Made by a program: the position numbers and the translations under genes
Notes under the pieces: model-generated
Database searches by the model: none
The model's input: the letters and a program-made list of their open reading frames with translations, nothing else
What the model was told of the DNA's origin: nothing
Assembly (NCBI RefSeq): GCF_001194135.2
Contig: NC_068996.1
Coordinates: 50,746,395-50,810,394 of the forward strand
Origin: Octopus bimaculoides
Taxonomy: Eukaryota
Direction: 5' to 3'
DNA: 64,000 bases
Part shown: positions 39,801-53,540 of the stretch, one piece after another
Layout of the letters: each line of letters begins with the position of its first letter
Numbering within the stretch: position 1 is the first letter of the stretch

Positions 39801-42325
39801 TTAAGTTCATAAGTGCACACCTTATTCTACACAATTTCCTGCAAGTTTACACACACACACACACCACACACATACCCCCCCCCCCNNNNNNNNNNCACAG
39901 AAGTGTATGAAGGGTATTTTATATGTTTCATTTAATTTAAATAATGATTAAATTCTTCCTGTAGAGAAGGAGATAGTTTTTAACGAAGAAACAAAATTCC
40001 ATTGCTGGAATTAAACATTACTGACATGTTACATTCTGAATTTTAGTATAACCGTGCATGTTTTATATTGGTTTGCTTACAGAGTGTATTTGCAAAAAAG
40101 TATTTGTGTTGGTTGTTTCTTTGTCTGCCAACACACACTCGCTTCTCTCCACTCTCCGTGTGTATGTATGGTTATCTATATGTGTATGTGTGTGTGTATA
40201 TATATGTGTGCATGTGCAAGTGCGCACGTGCGTGTGTGTGTATGCATATATATATGTGTTTGTGATATATTATCTGTGTGTGTGTGTGTGTGTATATATA
40301 AATAGTTTACCTTAGTTTCTTCTGCTCATCAGAGCAAAATCTACCAGGATCTCAACAATTGTCCTCGAGCAAGTTTTCACAAGGTTGACTTACCTCCTCC
40401 TCCTCCTATGTCCCTTCCCTCTTGTCTTTCACTTTGTGAGCATGTGTAGCACAAAGTGAAACATCTGCCATCTTAGACAGTGTTATTGTGTTGCTTACTC
40501 TACCTGGCCACTTTCATGACTTTTTCCTTCCGGTTGGCAATAAACACTTTGTAGCTTCTAAGGTAATGTCTGTGGAAGACTTCTACAGTTCTATATTTGG
40601 TTCCTCTTTTTTCCACATACCATAGGCATATAAATCAATGTTGGTTATGATGGTTGACGTATACAGGGAGTATTTGGTGCTACGTACACAGGCAAAGTTT
40701 GAAGGAGCAAGACCGTGCAGGTTTCAGGTACTGAAAGACAACTGAAGAGTTGCTGAGTCTCTTCTCCTCATCATTTTCTGAGATGCTGTTGTTAGGATGT
40801 AACTGCTCAGGTACATGGAGTCAATCCTCTCTGGAGTTTGGTCTTCCAGCTAGTCTTATTGCTGCTAGGAATCTCCAATGATCATTCTTTTTTTAAATCT
40901 TTCCATTGCTGATCCAAAGACCATTTGAGTTACTGTTGCTGAGACTGGTGACCTTAACTTATATATGTCCCAGATCACTGGTGAATGAATAGTTTGGCAC
41001 TTCTATACTTAATTGTTATCCTACATACCTTTTGCATGTCATCTGTGCTAGTGCACTCTTCCTTCTTGCATACTACATTCAATTCATCTTATACCTTGTT
41101 TTTCTCATCTTTTTTTTTGCTGTCATTTCCATGCATCGACATTAGCTTTCCAGTTGCGCTTTCCTTTCAAACTTACATGCACCCTTTGCATTCATTGACT
41201 GCATTTTGTTAGAAAGCAGAACTGCATTTCATATACAAGCATTATACAATCTACTCCTCACTTGGAGAAAGAATCCCTTTGTTGCCAGCAGTGCGTAATG
41301 TTTCCTTGAACTTTTTCACCCCATTCTTGTTCTGTCTTTTATGCTTTGAACACTTTCACCTGCATTACTGATTATGGTAAATAGCTTTGTGAGAAAAAAA
41401 AAAACAAACAAAATTTTCTAAATGTTTCCAATGCTAAACATAAGAAGAGCTTGGATAATTATAATTAAGATGTGATTACTTCTGACCAGGATGGATTATT
41501 TCAAGAATGTAGAGAAACAAAACTGTTAAGAGAAGGCACTTACAAGTGAAGTAATTTATAGAGTACCAATGTTGTGTAATTCATAAGTAACTTAAAAAAG
41601 GGAGTCACACACACACATACACAATCTTTTCATGTGAAATTAGTTCTATGAGGGACTGTTTGGTAGCTTGGGATGACGCTTAAACCAACCAATTTTGTTG
41701 ATACTAATTCTTCAGGATCACAAGTTCTCAAGTCCCTCATGGGGTCTAATTTTCTAGAGAAACTGAATTCATTTAGAGAGCATGACTGCCTCACTCCTAT
41801 CTCATTCTCCCCACCACTCTCTCATATTCATTCATTCACCAGCCACACTATATTAGTACTGTAATAATACATTTCAGGTCATCCTCCTCCTCTTATTATT
41901 ATTTTATTATGTAAACGAGTTGCACCTAGCACCATTTAAAATTAACTGCTTTATTTCAGCATCATAGGATGGAGCAGTAAGTGATCCTGATGAATTTTTA
42001 AATAACAATTAAACTGATTGCTTTGACCCTCATCCCATGCTGCTGAAAAGGCTCTCCCTCACTTGAAGGCCTGAATTTCACAGCGAGACTAAATATACAT
42101 ATTTATGTAACTCCATATATTTATTTACAATTGATGTTGTTAATTTCCTTATGAGAAACTTCAAACAAACTGAAAATAAATCGCTGGCAGATGTATTTTG
42201 AGAATGCTTCTCAGTCTTCTGTTTGCGTCTGATTTTATGCCAATTTATAACGCTATATCCACTTTCCAGAATTTGTATTTTTTCGTGTGCATGTGTTGGG
42301 GAAGAGATTCTGACAGAGCTCCTTG

Positions 42326-42415
<90 letters not shown>

Positions 42416-42605
42416 GATTAGGAATCTTTTGTAAATAGTATTCCATTGTCCTCCTTTTCATTTATAGATATATGTGAACTACCTGTTTTACACCAAGTAT
42501 TTATAAGATTATCCCTCTTTGTATTACCATTATATGTAAACTCTATGGGAACAAATTGTGTGAAATAATTTATGATTTGCATGTCTGGTATTTTCTTCCT
42601 GTATG

Positions 42606-42651
<46 letters not shown>

Positions 42652-42660
42652 TTTAACCAG

Positions 42661-42705
42661 AACTGACCAAAAAGAACTTATTTTAGTTACAGGAACAGCT
42701 CAGAT
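42661..42705 (+). CDS. Candidate 45-nt micro-exon
   Basis: ttgtttttaaccAG|..GAT|GTATAT; phase 2 reads TDQKELILVTGTAQ. Confidence 0.25.
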
Positions 42706-43249
42706 GTATATTCTTTTCTTGACAATAACTTCCCCCCCCCCAGTAACCTGTCATTCATTGACAGCCATAACTGTTCAAAAGTGTCATTTCATTGATGACC
42801 ATAACAGTGCAATAATGTCGTTTCATTGACAACAACAACTGTCCAGTAATGTCCATTTTTGAGGATAATAACTACCTTTGGGTTTCTCATTGCACGGGCA
42901 ATAATAACTACCTAGTAATTTCTCATTTACTACCAGATTCTCTCATCCTGTCAGTGAAAACTAACATTTCAGGTTTATATTGAGATATAGATTTATTGAA
43001 AGTTTGAATGGTGTAAATATTTTTCATTTTTTACTTCTTACCATCGGTAATAAAATTTGTACCAGTAAATTACCTAATACAATATTTCCCATAAAAATGA
43101 TTATATTTACTCTGGAAAGATTTCATTGGTGTACACAAGTAGATTACTTCAAACCATTTCCTTCTTTTCAAAGTATTTCTTCTGTTTGAAGATAGTTATT
43201 TCACTCATTACCAATAGCATCAATTTTAAGGATATAAAAGTTTTTATAC

Positions 43250-43705
43250 TTGTTTCAGTCATTGGACTGCAGCCATGCCTTGAAGGGTTTTATTTGAACA
43301 AATCCATCTCCTTTTTTTTTTTCTGTTATTTTGAAGCCTTTTATATATTCTATCAGTCTCATTTTGCTGAACCACTAAGTTACAGGGGACATAAAGAAAC
43401 CAATACTGGTCAAGCAGTGATGGGGGAACAAAGACATACATAGATACATATATACGAGTGTGTGTGTGTGTGTGTGTCTGTATGAGAGAGTGTGTACACA
43501 CACGCGTATATATTTATCTATGTCTTTGTATTTGTTCCCCCATCACTGCTTACCACACAGGGCTTCCACACAGTTTCCATCTACCAAGTTCACTTTGATT
43601 GGCCTAGGGGCTATTGTAGAAGACACTTGCCCAAGGTTCCATGCTGCAGGACTGAACCAAGAATCATGTAGTTGGGAAGTAAAGTTCTTACCACACAGCC
43701 ACACC
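43250..43705 (-). mobile_element. SINE family A copy
   Basis: Reverse complement of the 53791-54235 element, including the internal microsatellite. Confidence 0.75.
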
Positions 43706-43805
43706 TGTTAATACTTTCTGTAGATCATCTATTAGATAATAAATACAGTAATAGTAGATGAAGTGGTCATTGTTGTCATTTTCATGTCAACTTTCTATAC
43801 TGGTA

Positions 43806-43851
<46 letters not shown>

Positions 43852-44189
43852 GTATGTATTGTCGTAGTTAGTCAGTTGGCTATTTTGAGATGATGTTATT
43901 TAAAGATGGGTTGAAAGATATTTTTCTGGTATGTCTAATCTTTGGTTTGATTTTTATGTATGGTTAGATGCCCTGTGGATATTATGATACCAGACTGTAT
44001 GCTTGTAGATCCCAAGTTCAAATCCATTGCTGTTTTTTCTTTTCTTTTTTTTGTTATATTTCCACACATACCACTTTATTCTGCATTTCTCCAGTTTGTC
44101 TCCTTGTTTTATCTAGTAGTAACATTTCCATAGGAACTGACTTCTACTCAGAGAAGAAATAATTAATGAAAAATATTCCCCTCCTGGTC

Positions 44190-44560
44190 ACAGGCATGGT
44201 TGTGTGATTACAAGTTTGCCTTCCAACCATGTGGTTCTAGGTTCAGTCCCATTGCATGACACCCTCAGCACATGTCTTCTATTATAGCCCCAGGCCAGCC
44301 AATGCCTTGTAAGAATCTGGTAGATGGAAACTGAAACATATGTATTTGTGTGTGTCTTTGTGCATGTCCCCCACCATTATTTTACAATTTGTGTTTGTTT
44401 GTTTACATCCCCATAACTTAGCGGTTCAGGATAACAGACTAAGTATCAGGCTTTAAAAGAAGAAAAAAAAAATACCTGAGTTGATTCATATAACCAAAAT
44501 CGTTCAGGACAATGCCCCAGCCTGGCAACAGCCCAACAACAGAAACAAGTCAAAGTATTA
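44190..44560 (+). mobile_element. SINE family A copy (further copies at 45015-45220, 45850-46235, 51400-51810, 55575-55935)
   Basis: GGCATGGTTGTGTG..GGTTCAGTCCCA..TAGCCCCAGGCCAGCCAATGCCTTGT..GGAAACTGAAA. Confidence 0.75.
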
Positions 44561-45168
44561 TGGTAAAAGTATCATGAAATTAAAATTTAGTACTGGCCCT
44601 TAAAAACCCCCTTTGATTTACGAGGCAAAATTTTTTACATTCAGTTTGTTAAACAAAGCCTGTCTTTAATTTAGTCCCGTGGACCAATTCATATATCCAG
44701 TGAAAAATTACACCCCTCCTGTCCCTGCCTCCCCACCAGTTAAACACTTGTAAGCTTATATAGAATAAGTAGTTACATAGGAAGTCTGTAAAAATTAAAT
44801 TAAATACTATGGATATTATATATATATAACGATAATTAGAACCAGTAAGCTGTAAACAAGTGAGAACTGTCAAGGCAAACATCAGGGGATTATCTTAGTT
44901 ATTTAATTTTTTTTTTTAATTCATTAGTAATATGAAACATTCGTTAGTACAATATTGAATTTCTTTATCCAGTGATAATTTCAATGCTCCCTTTTTTTTG
45001 CTTTTTTTTTTCTCGCAAGCATGGCTGTGTGGCTAAGAAGCTTGTTATCAAACCATGTGGTTTTAAGTTCAGTACCATTGTGCAGCACCTTGGACAAGTA
45101 TCTTCAACTATAGCGCTGAATCAACCAAAGCCTTGCAAGTGGGTTTGGGAGGCAAAAACTGACAGAAG

Positions 45169-45217
<49 letters not shown>

Positions 45218-45627
45218 NNNNNNNNNNNNNNNNNNNNNNNNNNNNNNNNNNNNNNNNNNNNNNNNNNNNNNNNNNNNNNNNNNNNNNNNNNNNNNNNNNN
45301 NNNNNNNNNNNNNNNNNNNNNNNNNNNNNNNNNNNNNNNNNNNNNNNNNNNNNNNNNNNNNNNNNNNNNNNNNNNNNNNNNNNNNNNNNNNNNNNNNNNN
45401 NNNNNNNNNNNNNNNNNNNNNNNNNNNNNNNNNNNNNNNNNNNNNNNNNNNNNNNNNNNNNNNNNNNNNNNNNNNNNNNNNNNNNNNNNNNNNNNNNNNN
45501 NNNNNNNNNNNNNNNNNNNNNNNNNNNNNNNNNNNNNNNNNNNNNNNNNNNNNNNNNNNNNNNNNNNNNNNNNNNNNNNNNNNNNNNNNNGTGTGATGTT
45601 CAGTCATATAATATAAATAATATATAA

Positions 45628-45663
<36 letters not shown>

Positions 45664-46295
45664 CTTACTTGGAAATGAATGCGTGGCATTCAATCATATA
45701 ATATATAAATATATACATACATACATACATACATATATATATATTGTGTGTGTGTGTGCATTACTTGAAATCAATGTTGGTTTGTTTACATCATCTTAAC
45801 TTAGCAGTTCAGCAAAAGATCAATTCTGTAAATATCAGGTTTAAAACATAAGAACTGGCTGTGTGGTAAGAAATTTGCTTCTCAACTACACAGTTTGGGG
45901 TTGAGTCCCAATGTGTGGCACCTTGGGTGAATGTGTGCTATAATAGTTTTGGGCCAACCATAGCCTTCTGATTTTGTAAATGGAAACTTAAAGAAGCCTG
46001 CTGTGTTTGTGTAGTTTGTTCCCCACCACTGCTTGGCAATCAGTGTTGTATTTACAGTCCCATAACTTAGATTTGGGCCAACCTTAGCCTTCTCATTTTG
46101 TAAATGGAAAAATAAGTACCAGGCTAAAAAAATTAAAAAAATAAAAAAAAGTATTGGTGTTAATTAATTTGACCAAAATTATTCAAGCTTGTGCTCCAGC
46201 ATGGTCGCAATTTGATGAAGAAAACAAGTAAAAGAATAATGAAGTCAGACAAAGATTGTTTTCTCTGATGTTGAAAATAGAATTCCCTTTCTCAG

Positions 46296-46330
46296 ATCAG
46301 CGGCTCCTCTGCAGGGTGGTTAATGGTTGG
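46296..46330 (+). other. Candidate 35-nt exon (alternative acceptor at 46315)
   Basis: aattccctttctcAG|..TGG|GTAAGT; phase 1 reads QRLLCRVVNGW. Confidence 0.35.
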
Positions 46331-49137
46331 GTAAGTGATTAAGTGAATAGGGATTTCCTCAGGGGTGGAGAACAAATAATATTTTGTTTAATGGATGGTT
46401 GATAAAGCTGAAAGACCTGTTTATATTATGAATGAACCAATTTCAAAGTACGAATCAAGTTGTCTTTACTAATGCTGTTTATGGAGCAAAATAATTTAAG
46501 GTTGTTGTTGTTTTTTAACCCCAGTTCAACCTCGGTGTTTAATCAGAGATGTGTCAGTTGGAACTATCTCATCCATCTCTTTTCAGACATACCGTATCTA
46601 GGACCGCATTAACTATTGTATATTTTTAAGGAAGGAGGATGTACTTATTTTAGCATTTAGATCACTCGGTCAAACATAATGCTTTATTTATTCCCATTGT
46701 TTTCAATTGATGTGTACTATCTTATAGCTTTGAGATCTCAATGATGTGATTGTTTAATTTTAGAATGACAGTGTAAGGTGGGTGTGAGAGGCGAGATCAG
46801 GCCAGTTTGAACATTAAAACAGGTAAAATATTTTGGCTGGATATGACTGATTTATATAGTAAAGGATTAAGACATTTAGCTGTTAATATATTTAGCAGTT
46901 CAATCAATGATGTGGAATTTTCTTTGTGGACTAATTAGATTCTTCAAAATGTAAAATATTGAATGACCTTCACAAAATATTGTAATGTACATATCACCAA
47001 GAAAAAAAAAGCATTTAAGTGCTGCTATCAGAGTGTTAGATGAAAGAGAAATGTTTCTGTTAGCTGGACAGGACACCAAACAGTTATAGATAACATTTTC
47101 ATTTCTTCTGGGAGTTATTCTAGGTAGCATACAGATCTAAAGCAATGCACAATGAAATATTCTAGTTGGAAAAACGATAAAGTTCCTACAACAAATTTGA
47201 ATTCTTGCCACGAGAAAGTAACCCAAATATCTTACCCAGCATTTGAAAAAAAAATTTATTTATATTTTCACATACTTCAGAAGTACTGATTTTTCATTGT
47301 TGCATTTGTTAAAACATAAATTGTTTAGATAATTTCCATTTAATATAAAATACTTTGATTTCTTTAGACTTGTCTTTAGGCAAATCTTTGTAGAAGTTAT
47401 TCATGAGGGAAAGATCATTATGTACAGTGTACTTATAGTTTTTCTTTCCGATTGGTGGGAAAACTAGTTGCAGGCACATCACATCTAGTTTCCCACAACT
47501 AATTACAGTGCAAGTTTGAACTTGAAACATCAGTTGAGTTGTTGTAACATTAACCATAGCTACTCTGGTTTCTATTTGCTCCAGTGTTCAGTGATACGTT
47601 TCCAGTTGGCTGGTGGTGCACTGGGGGATGAAATCCATTAAAGGCTGTCAGTGCTTTGCCTTTACAAACTATCTATGAATGAAGTGAATAATTTGAAAAT
47701 GGTTATGCAAGAGTCAAACATGAAGGTACCAGTAACCTGATCATGTCCTATTGCATGGTTTTGTTGAATAAACTGCTGAATATTGACGAGGTGAAAAATA
47801 ATATGCAAGTCATGGTTCTGCCTATTAAATCATCCCTAACAGATTTGGCCATGGTTATTAGTTTGATGTCTCAAGTTCAAATCTGTGTAGTACAGATGTA
47901 CATGCTATTAGTTTTCCTATTAAAATAGGAAAAGTATATTATAAGCATATTGCAGGTAATGACACGTGCTCTTCTTTTTTTGGTGGGGGCGGGGACGACA
48001 AACACAACTGGCACTCTGTTGGTTAGAATGATGGATGATTCCAGTTATGGCACAGTCAGCTCCTGAAATTAACGTGCCAGTACCAGAGCACTCCACAGAC
48101 ATGTGTGCCCTTAGTATAGTTTTTGTGGAGATTCAGCATGGCACAGAATGTGACAGGGTTGACCCTATGAAATACAATTTAATTTTGCCTGCTGAGTGGA
48201 CTGGAGCAATGTGAAATTAAGCGTCTTGCTCAAGGAGACAATGTGTTGCCAGAAAATAAACTTCAGCCTTACGACCATGAGCTGAAATACCCTAACCACT
48301 AAGAATAATCATAAAGCAGAGCAATTATGGTTGACATATCAACTTAAATGATGATCTTCTAAAAATCTATAAACTTGTAGAAAACCACGAAGTGATTGGG
48401 TTTTTTTTGTTTTTGTTTGTTTTGAATCTTGAAGCAGACAAGTTATAAAAATTAATGGTGTGGAAAATATTAGGTTGAAAACCCCATGGATAGAAAAAGT
48501 AGGACCTGTATCTCCTGTAAACATGACTGGTGTTTGACTTTGATTTTACTCAATATTTACATGCTATAACTTTGTTTGCTTCAAGATCCAATGTTTTAAA
48601 AATGAGTAACTTGTTTCAAGTTCAGACCTGTACCATGGTGACTAGAGGACCATGTTTAGTGATGTACATGCAACGTACCCATTAATAGGGAGTAATAAGT
48701 GTGCATTGTGGATAAGGAGTACCTCACTCTTATATCTGTTTTGTCACTTTCATGTGAAATAAAATGTGAGACTGACTTTAGTAAACTTCGATTACAGAAC
48801 AGTGCTATTGTCTTTCTCGTCTCTACTCACTGATCTCTTATTAGTATTATGTTTCCTTTAATAATCTGAAACATTTAAAATGTTTAATAGAAAAAAAATT
48901 CCATTCAAAAATACTTTATAAAGTAAATTCTATTTTTCAGAAATTCCAGACTTAAAATAAACAAAAATAATTATAGAATCAGTTTACAGCTAGTTGGCCA
49001 TTAAAAAGTTAAGTGTTTGCCATGGTCACAGATAAGTGCCATTATCTGGATGTGCTCTGTTAATCTGTAGATTAGGTTCCTATTATGATGATTCTGTCAT
49101 TATGGTTTTCATGTAATTCTTCTTTCTTTCTTGCCTT

Positions 49138-49330
49138 TTAACCCTCTAACGTGGTGTATAGGCCACTTATAATTGAATTCCATGTCACATAATTTTTCGC
49201 TTCTGTACTTATACTCTGCCATGAATGTCCCCCTTTCTCTAGTTCCTTTTGTGTTGATCTACGCCACGAGTTCTTAGGCCTACCCCTCTTTCTATATCCA
49301 TCCGGATTCCACTGTAAAGCACTTTTCACT
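49138..49330 (-). mobile_element. RTE-clade LINE C-terminal fragment
   Basis: KSALQWNPDGYRKRGRPKNSWRRSTQKELEKGGHSW..AKNYVTWNSIISGL matches the RTE motif AL.WNP.G.RKRGRP..TWRR. Confidence 0.8.
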
Positions 49331-49679
49331 ACATTTGGTGTTATTATCAGGACACTGAGTATTTAACCATTTAGCATTTAAACTGGCCGTATCTCACCCA
49401 AACATTCCACCTGTTTTATATTCAAACTGAGCAAGTTTAACCTCTCACATCTATTCTACATCATTATAAAAATAAGCAATCACATCATCAAAATCTCAAA
49501 GCTACAAAATAATGCATAATTAATTTAAAACAATTAATTTAAAACAATGTGAATGAATTAAGCATTAAATTTAACAGAATAACCTGAATACTAAAGGATT
49601 AAGGTATTGTACTAATAAATGGGTTCAAGAAACTGAAATGGTAGGATGCTTTAATTAAGGTCCAGCTGATATTTCTTCT

Positions 49680-49846
49680 GCGGGATATAAATTATGGTTG
49701 CGTATTTAGGGAGATCCATGCTAATGGAGCTTCTTTATTTCTATTTGTTTATATATACATATTGGTCGTAGTTTATATTAGGGGTTATATATGAATGTTT
49801 ATACTTGAAATGTTGGGTCATTATTATATATTTTAGTGATGTTAAC
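49680..49846 (+). pseudogene. CYTB: NUMT: mitochondrial cytochrome b fragment
   Basis: Under the invertebrate mitochondrial code: RD.NYGCVF.EIHANGASLF..[+1 frameshift]LYMHIGRSLY*GLYMNVYTWNVGSLLYILVMLT, the conserved RD.NYGW..R..HANGAS.FF.C.Y.HIGRG.YYGSY....W..G segment; TGA sits at the conserved Trp. Confidence 0.92.
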
Positions 49847-49859
49847 TTGATGTGTGGAG

Positions 49860-50800
49860 TATGTTAGAAAAGGTACTTGTTTGTAGAAATGTCAAAAACC
49901 TTGAGACTTTCTTTTTATGAGATGTCTCAGCCTGGTAGTAATAGCAGCTAGATATCTCAAATTTCTTACTGTCTTTAAGAAGGAGCCATGATGTCTTAGA
50001 TACATCATTTCTGAATAAAAGGTGGGTTGACCATGGTTGGATGCTTTTGCTCATAGGTGTATGTACTCAATTAGGTTGGTCTTGGGGCTAAAAAATAACA
50101 ACACCTGTTCAAGAAATTGTTGCAGCAGTCTAAATTTACCCAGAAACATGTGCCGATGTTTATATATCAAGAACCACTCAGCACATGCTAACACTTAAAA
50201 ACGCATGTTGTACATTAAAATAACTTATGAAACATGTATTGGAATTAGTAAATAACAATACTTTAGTCTGAGGTCAAAATTAGTTATTTATCAAAAAGCT
50301 TAAAATAGTTCTCTTGTTTCTATTATACGATTTCTAAATTTAGCTTGGATATGAGATTTTTCATTAGGACTTTTATTTTGTGTAGACTCTTTGCTTTCGC
50401 TGCAACTGAAATTTTAGCAAGAAAGAAACTGAAGTAAAAGCATGATATAAATGGTGGTGGTGGTGGTGTGGGTAATTTGTTTTTCTCTCTCTTGTTAATC
50501 AACTTGAAATAGAAAGATCGCTTTGTAGGAAAGGAGTAACAAGTAACTAAACACTGTATAAATAATGTAATTTGTGATGTACGAGGGATGTAAGGATATA
50601 TTTGATAAACTGTCTGACAATTTGAAACTGAAGTGTATAAACAGATCTTGTGGGGAATAGTATTATGCCTAAAACCACCTGAGAAGGTACCAGGTTTCTG
50701 TGAGGAGTGTATCATTGGAGATATTAGATATGTCTTGCTTTTATCAAACTTGGAATGTGGTACTTGATTCGGAGGTCATCCGGGTACAAATTAAAGGAGA
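49860..50800 (-). mobile_element. Possible decayed Penelope-like retroelement remnant
   Basis: Weak NPPF motif and biased composition; frames broken. Confidence 0.25.
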
Positions 50801-52048
50801 ATATGCATTACTTACATTAATGTTGAAATGAATATTATTCCTAAATTCCAGGAGGTTTATTTCTAGGAAATATATTATTTCAAAGCGATTAGATTTATTA
50901 TTTCTTTTATAGATAATTTTTTCAAGGAAAATTTACAAAATCCTTGACAGNNNNNNNNNNNNCCCCCCTGTGTTGATATGGATTATACAGGATTGCAAAA
51001 GGGAAGACTTTGTAGCTGGATCCCACTCTGGTAATTTTTTTTTTTTTTTTTACTGCCTCACTGCTTTTAAGATATGCTCAATGATATTACAACTTTGGTC
51101 AACTATTTCACCAGTTTCTATTTTCCTTGGCATCAGTCAGTTATTGTAACAAAGCCCAGAACCTTCTCTTCTCTGTGTCAGCCTGAGGTTTTGTAACCAA
51201 AACGAAGGTCTGTAGAATTGGTTGCATGTTTATATAATGAGCAGCCACATCAAATAATTTGATGCTTTTAGCTTCCATGTTTAGAAAAACCTCTATATTA
51301 TTTTTATAAGCCATTCACATATAATTCTACTGCTGTTACTTTGCATTTCATGTAATTTTACCATCTTTGTAATTTTTGTGTAATTAAAGAAGTTTGTTTC
51401 TAAACCATCAGATTTTGGGTCCGGTCCTACTGCATGGCACCTTGGATCAGTCTTCTACAATAACCCAGGGCCAACCAAAATCTTGTGAATCAAACTGAAA
51501 GAAACCCATTGTATATATATATATGTGCATGTATGTATGGGTCTGTGTGTGAGTGTTTGTTTCTCTTTGTCTAGACGATGTGATATTATAAATGAATGTC
51601 ACTGTCATATAAACAACATCCCTCTGTGTGTGTGTGCGTGTGTGTGTTTCTTGCACTGCTTGACTACAGGTGTTTGTTTGTTTATATCCCCATGACTTAG
51701 AGATTTGGTAAAAAAAATAGAGACCACTTGAATAAATACCAAGCTTGAAAAAAATAAGTACTGGGGTCAGTTTGTTCAACTTCATGGTGGTGCTCCTGAA
51801 ATTTCCCAAATGGAGACACAAGGTCAATTTAATAAAGAAAATTTTCATGGGTGGGGTGGGGTGTGGGATGGTAATGCTATTTATTTTTCAAGAGTTTTGT
51901 AAATTTAGTCCGACACAGATTTTACACACTGTTATCTATTGAATGGGTAAGTTGTATCTTCTGTCCTTTAAATATTTCTGTCACTTCAAAAAGTAACTTG
52001 ATGCTACCAACTTAAACACTCCATGCCATTTATACTGATTTATGCTTG

Positions 52049-52102
<54 letters not shown>

Positions 52103-52699
52103 GTTGGGAACAGTAGGGTGCAGAGGGTGCAAGCACACTCCCTAAAATTTTGGGTGGGGTAATGAAAATGTTTTGAACACTCTAAGTTGGACCTGGGCTT
52201 GCACCCACTCAGCAAATTTCATTCCTGTACTTATGCTCTCTCTCTCTCCTCTCTCTGTTTTTCTCTCTCTCTCTAATATCTCTCTTTCTTCTCCCTCTTC
52301 TCTCTCTTTCCTCTCCCTCTTCTCTCTCTTTCTCTCCTCCTCCTCCCCCCTCTCTCTCATGTATACATTTCTGAAATTTTTTACCTAATAAGATATCACA
52401 ATCAGTCAACACAAAACTATGGCAGAAGACACTTGCATAAAGTGCTGAAGCAATGCATATTTCTTTTCAATTTTACTGCTTTCACTCTTTTAGGAATGCA
52501 TTCTTATCCTCCTCCTCCTCCTCCTCCTCGATTTTATACATACAAATGTCCAGGATGAGTATTGACTACCATATCAGTTTCTCCCGTCATTGAAGGTTTG
52601 CAAAAAAAAAAAAAAACCAAAAAAAAAAACCCTCTGCTTTAGCTAATAACATCCTTATTGGGTGATATGTAGGTCTTATTTCAGTGTAAGTGATGAGTT

Positions 52700-53315
52700 G
52701 TCACATGAGGTTCTTGGTTGCATCATCATCATCATAGTGATAGTTATGATGAGGTGTCCTGATGCAGTACCAGGCAGTGGCTCTCATGGCTTCTGGTCTT
52801 AATTGATTGGAAGTGTTATCATGTACATTGTTTTGTCTTGGTATAAAAAGATGGGCTACAGCAAATGTTCTGCTTAATACCACAGATGTGCCTGTCAGTT
52901 GTTTGACCTTAACCAGTTGAGCATGTCCCTTGGTGGCTGACGATATGTGCATCTCTGAGCAGAAGTAATGGGCGAGCATCATAGCCATGTGTTGAGAGGA
53001 ATTCTTTGGGGTTTGAATAATTCACCTTTGGAAACATGGGTGTTTTGCTCAACATCCTTAAACAAACCTTATTCAGGAACCTTTTGAGCGGGATGGGCTA
53101 CTCGACCTGAAGAAAATTCTAACTAGGCCCCACCTGTGAGGTCATGTGCTGTTTGTCTTGATATGAAATCACCATGTCGCATACATATGGTTGTGATGCA
53201 TGTGCCTGGTGTACCCTTATCAGACGGGTAGTCATGATGGGTATACTGGGCTTCATATATTTTACCCCAGTGTCACTTTGATGGCATGCTCTACTCTCTC
53301 ACTCAATAATAATAA
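52700..53315 (+). repeat. Interspersed repeat ending in CTCTCTCACTC(AAT)n
   Basis: Complex non-coding block between (CAT)n and (AAT)n that I recognise as a common octopod repeat; no second copy in this window. Confidence 0.45.
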
Positions 53316-53540
53316 TGTGAGATTTTAACATCCAGACTGATAGAGTAATAGAAGCCAGAAGGCCTGATTTAGTAGTAGACAAAGAGAATAGAAAGTGCCA
53401 GGTAATTGACTTTACAGACCCAAATGATGAGAAAGTCAATTTGAGGGGTATAGAGAAAATAACAAAGTACTAGGATCAAGCTCTTGAGTTACAGAGAGTA
53501 TGGAAGGTGCAGGTAAAATATATCCCTGAAATTATAGGCA
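53316..53540 (+). mobile_element. R4/Dong-clade LINE restriction-like endonuclease fragment
   Basis: DFNIQTDRVIEARRPDLVVDKENRKCQVIDFTDPNDEKVNLRGIEKITKY*DQALELQRVWKVQVKYIPEIIG: the RRPD..ID..P.D..E.EK..KY motif, one stop. Confidence 0.88.

Noticed and set aside
40300-40340. CTGATGA on the minus strand (also plus strand at 23037)
   Set aside because: No stem II followed by GAAA.
51190-51220. CTGA-GGTT-ttgt-AACC-AAAAC
   Set aside because: Both core halves are defective; chance or unrecognisably decayed.
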